Assembly (NCBI GenBank): GCA_030390025.1
Contig: CM059432.1
Span: forward strand, 117,678,001 to 117,742,000
Source of the DNA: Squalus acanthias
Taxonomy: Eukaryota
DNA: 64,000 nt
Reading direction: 5' to 3'
In this document: positions 61,082-64,000 of the stretch, piece after piece
Layout: each line of letters starts with the position of its first letter
Position numbering within the stretch: position 1 is the first letter of the stretch
Position numbers and translations under genes: made by a program
The notes under the pieces: model-generated
What the model saw: only the letters and a program-made list of their open reading frames with translations
What the model was told of the DNA's origin: nothing
Database searches by the model: none

Positions 61082-64000
61082 ACATAGAAACATAGAAAAA
61101 TAGGAGCAGGAGTAGGCCATTCTGCCCTTCGAGCCTGCTCCGCCATTCAATATGATCATGGCTGATCCTCTATCTCAATACCATATTCCCGCTCTCTCCC
61201 CATATCCCTTGATGCCTTTTCTGTCTAGAAATCTATCTATCTCCTTCTTAAATATATTCAGTGACTTGGCCTCCACAGCCTTCTGTGGTAGAGAATTCCA
61301 CAGGTTCACCAGCCTCTGAGTGAAGAAATTTCTCCTCATCTCAGTCCTAAATGTCCTACCCCGTATCCTGAGACTGTGACCCCTCGTTCTAGACCCCCCA
61401 GCCAGGGGAAACATCCTCCCTGCATCCAGTCTGTCTAATCCTGTCAGAATTTTATACGTTTCAATGAGATCCCCTCTCATTCTTCTAAACTCTAGTGAAC
61501 ACAGGGCTAGTCGACCCAATCTCTCCTCATATGACAGTCCTGCCATCCCAGAAATCAGCCTGGTGAACCTTCACTGCACTCCCTCTATGGCAAGTATATC
61601 CTTTCTTAGGTAAGGAGACCAAAACTGCACACAGTACTCCAGGTGTGGTTTCACCAAGGCCCTGTATAACTGTAGTAAGACATCCTTGCTCCTGTACTCA
61701 AATCCTCTTGCAATGTAGGCCAACATACCATTTGCCTTCCTAACTGCTTGCTGCACCTGCATGTTTGCTTTCAGTGACTGGTGTACAACGACATCCAGGT
61801 CCCTTTGTACATCAACATTTCCCAATCTATCACCATTTAAATAATACTCTCTCTACCTTTCTGTTTTTCCTACCGAAGTGGATAACTTCACATTTATCCA
61901 CGTTATACTGCATCTGCCATGTATTTGCCCACTCACTCAACTTGTCTAAATCGCCTTGAAGTCTCTTTGCATCCTCCTCACAACTTACAATCCCACCTAG
62001 TTTCGTGTCGTCAGCAAACTTGGAATTATTACATTTGGTTCCCTCATCCAAATCATTGATATATATTGGCCCAAAAATTCGTCCGTTCCCGGGTGAGTAC
62101 ACAGTCCGTACTCACCCGTATTCATTCCCGAAGTGCCGGTTTCCTGCCTGCACTGTGCATGCGCGGGAAACCGGCACTTCCGGTATGGTGAAGGGGGCGG
62201 TTCCTAGGTGAACCGCGTGCACGCTAGAGGCTGCGCGCACGCAGCACACTTAGGTTTTTTTTCAGGTTTCACGCGAGGGTAAGTATTGAAGATTCTATGC
62301 TAGTAAAAAGGAGGCGTAAGGCCCCTTTTGAACAAGGTAAGTAGTTAATTAAGTATAATTTTAAATTTTTTCAACAGTTTTATCTTTTTTAGATACTTTA
62401 AAGAAAGGTAAGTTTATTTTTATAACTTTTAAAAAGTATTTTAATTTTTTCAAAAATTTAAATTTTTGTTCAAAGTGGTTAATTTATTTAACTATAGTTA
62501 TTTTATAAATGTGATGGTTTTTTTAAATTTATTTGAAGTTTAGCTGTTGTTTTGGGGCCGATTTCAATTCACAGATTTGACAGGTCTCCTGTCAAATCTA
62601 TGAATGAAAGATGGTCTGCTGCCATTAGCTCTCCATGGCCCACGTGATCCCAGGGGTCGCATCGCACTAACTGCGCCCCTGGAACACGCAAGCACTGCGC
62701 GCCGGCTCTTGGGAGAGGCCCAGGCACCCGAAGTTCCTGTGGGCCCAAAACACAACGGCAGGCGCGGTGGGTAAGAGCGCGCGCGATCCTTACCCCCGCG
62801 GCAAGCCGGCCACGCGAATTTCTAGGCCATTGTGAATAGCTGGGGACCAAGCACTGATCCCTGTGGTACCCCACTAGTCACCGCCTGCCACCCCAAAAAT
62901 GACCCATTTATTCCTACTCTCTGTTTCCAGTCTGTTAACCAATTTTCCATGCCAGTACGTTACCCCCAATCCCATGTGCTTTAATTTTGCACACTATCCT
63001 CTTATGTGGGACTTTATCAAAGGCCTTCTGAAAATCCAAATACACCACATCCACTGGTTCTCCCTTATCTATTCTACCAGTTACATCTTCAAAAAACTCC
63101 AGTAGGTTTGTCAAACACGATTTCCCTTTCATAAATCCATGTTGACTTTGTCTAATCCCATTGATATTTTCTAAGTGTCCTGTTATCACATCCTTTATAA
63201 TAGATTCTAGCATTTTCCCTACTATTGATGTTAGGCTAACCGATCTTTGGTTCCCTGTTATCTCTCTCCCTCCTTTTCCAAATAGTGGGGTTACATTTGC
63301 CACCCTCCAATCTGCAGGAACTGTTCCATAATCTATAGAATTTCGGAAGATGACAACCAATGCATCCATTATTTCCATGGCTACCTCTTTTAGTACTCTG
63401 GGATGCAGATTATCAGGCCCTGGGGATTTATCGGCTTTCAGTCCCATTAATGTCTCCAGCACTATTGTTTTACTAATACTAATTTCCTTTAATTCCTCCT
63501 TCTCACTAAACCCTTGGTTCCCTAGCATTTCTGGGAAGTTATTTGTGTCCTCTTCCGTGAAGACAGAACCAAAGTATTTGCTTAATTGCTCTTGCATTTC
63601 CTTGTTCCCCATTATAAATTCTCCCATTTCTGACTGTAAGGGACCTACATTTGTCTTCACTAATCTTTTTCTTTTTACATACTTGTCGAAGCTTTTACAA
63701 TCCGCTTTTATGTTCCTTGCAAGTTTACTCTCATACTCTATTTTTCCCCTCTTAATCAATCTTTTGGTCCTTTTTTGCTGAACTCTAAACTGCTCCCAAT
63801 CCTCAGGCTTGCTACTTTTTCTGGCAACTTTATATGACTCCTCTTTGGATCTAATACTATCCTTAATTTTTTTTGTTAGTCATGGTTGGGCTGCTTTTCC
63901 TTTTGAGTTTTTGCGTCAGAAAGGAATGTATAACTGTTGCAATTCATGCATTCGTTCCTTAAATGTTAGCAATTGCCTATCCATCGTTAAGCCTTTTAAT
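61082..64000 (-). mobile_element. CR1 LINE ORF2 (continues past the window end), split by a MITE
   Basis: ORFs 62935..63759, 61830..62102, 61571..61825 and 61175..61546 carry CR1 RT motifs. Confidence 0.93.
62068..62828 (+). mobile_element. MITE family A copy 3
   Basis: TIRs ggcccaaaaatt / aatttctaggcc; ATT TSD; removing it restores CR1 cagctattcacaatatatatcaatg. Confidence 0.95.

Overview
This is eukaryotic DNA made almost entirely of transposable elements. The repeat families (CR1 LINEs with (TTCTTATG)n/(TTCTATG)n tails, Deu-type SINEs, Penelope pseudo-LTRs, RTE) suggest a cartilaginous fish, which is an inference. No host gene could be identified. The dominant feature is a PIF/Harbinger DNA-transposon system. 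Two near-complete elements (1211-9636, 39577-43569) carry a 3-exon Myb/SANT gene on + converging on an intronless DDE transposase on -. There are also Myb-only and transposase-only derivatives and about 10 MITEs with GG...AAATT-type TIRs and 3-bp TSDs of consensus AWT. Other content: many CR1 fragments, a second CR1/L2-group LINE with a partner SINE, L2 remnants, a decayed Ty3/Gypsy element (136-bp LTR, tRNA-Ser PBS) holding nested RTE, CR1 and MITE insertions, and Penelope-like fragments with minimal hammerhead ribozymes. A 1.7-kb solo-LTR-like element contains a tandem peptide repeat (FFEFYRTG twice) whose copies differ only at synonymous sites. All TE ORFs examined carry stops or frameshifts. 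Boundaries given without a TSD are approximate.
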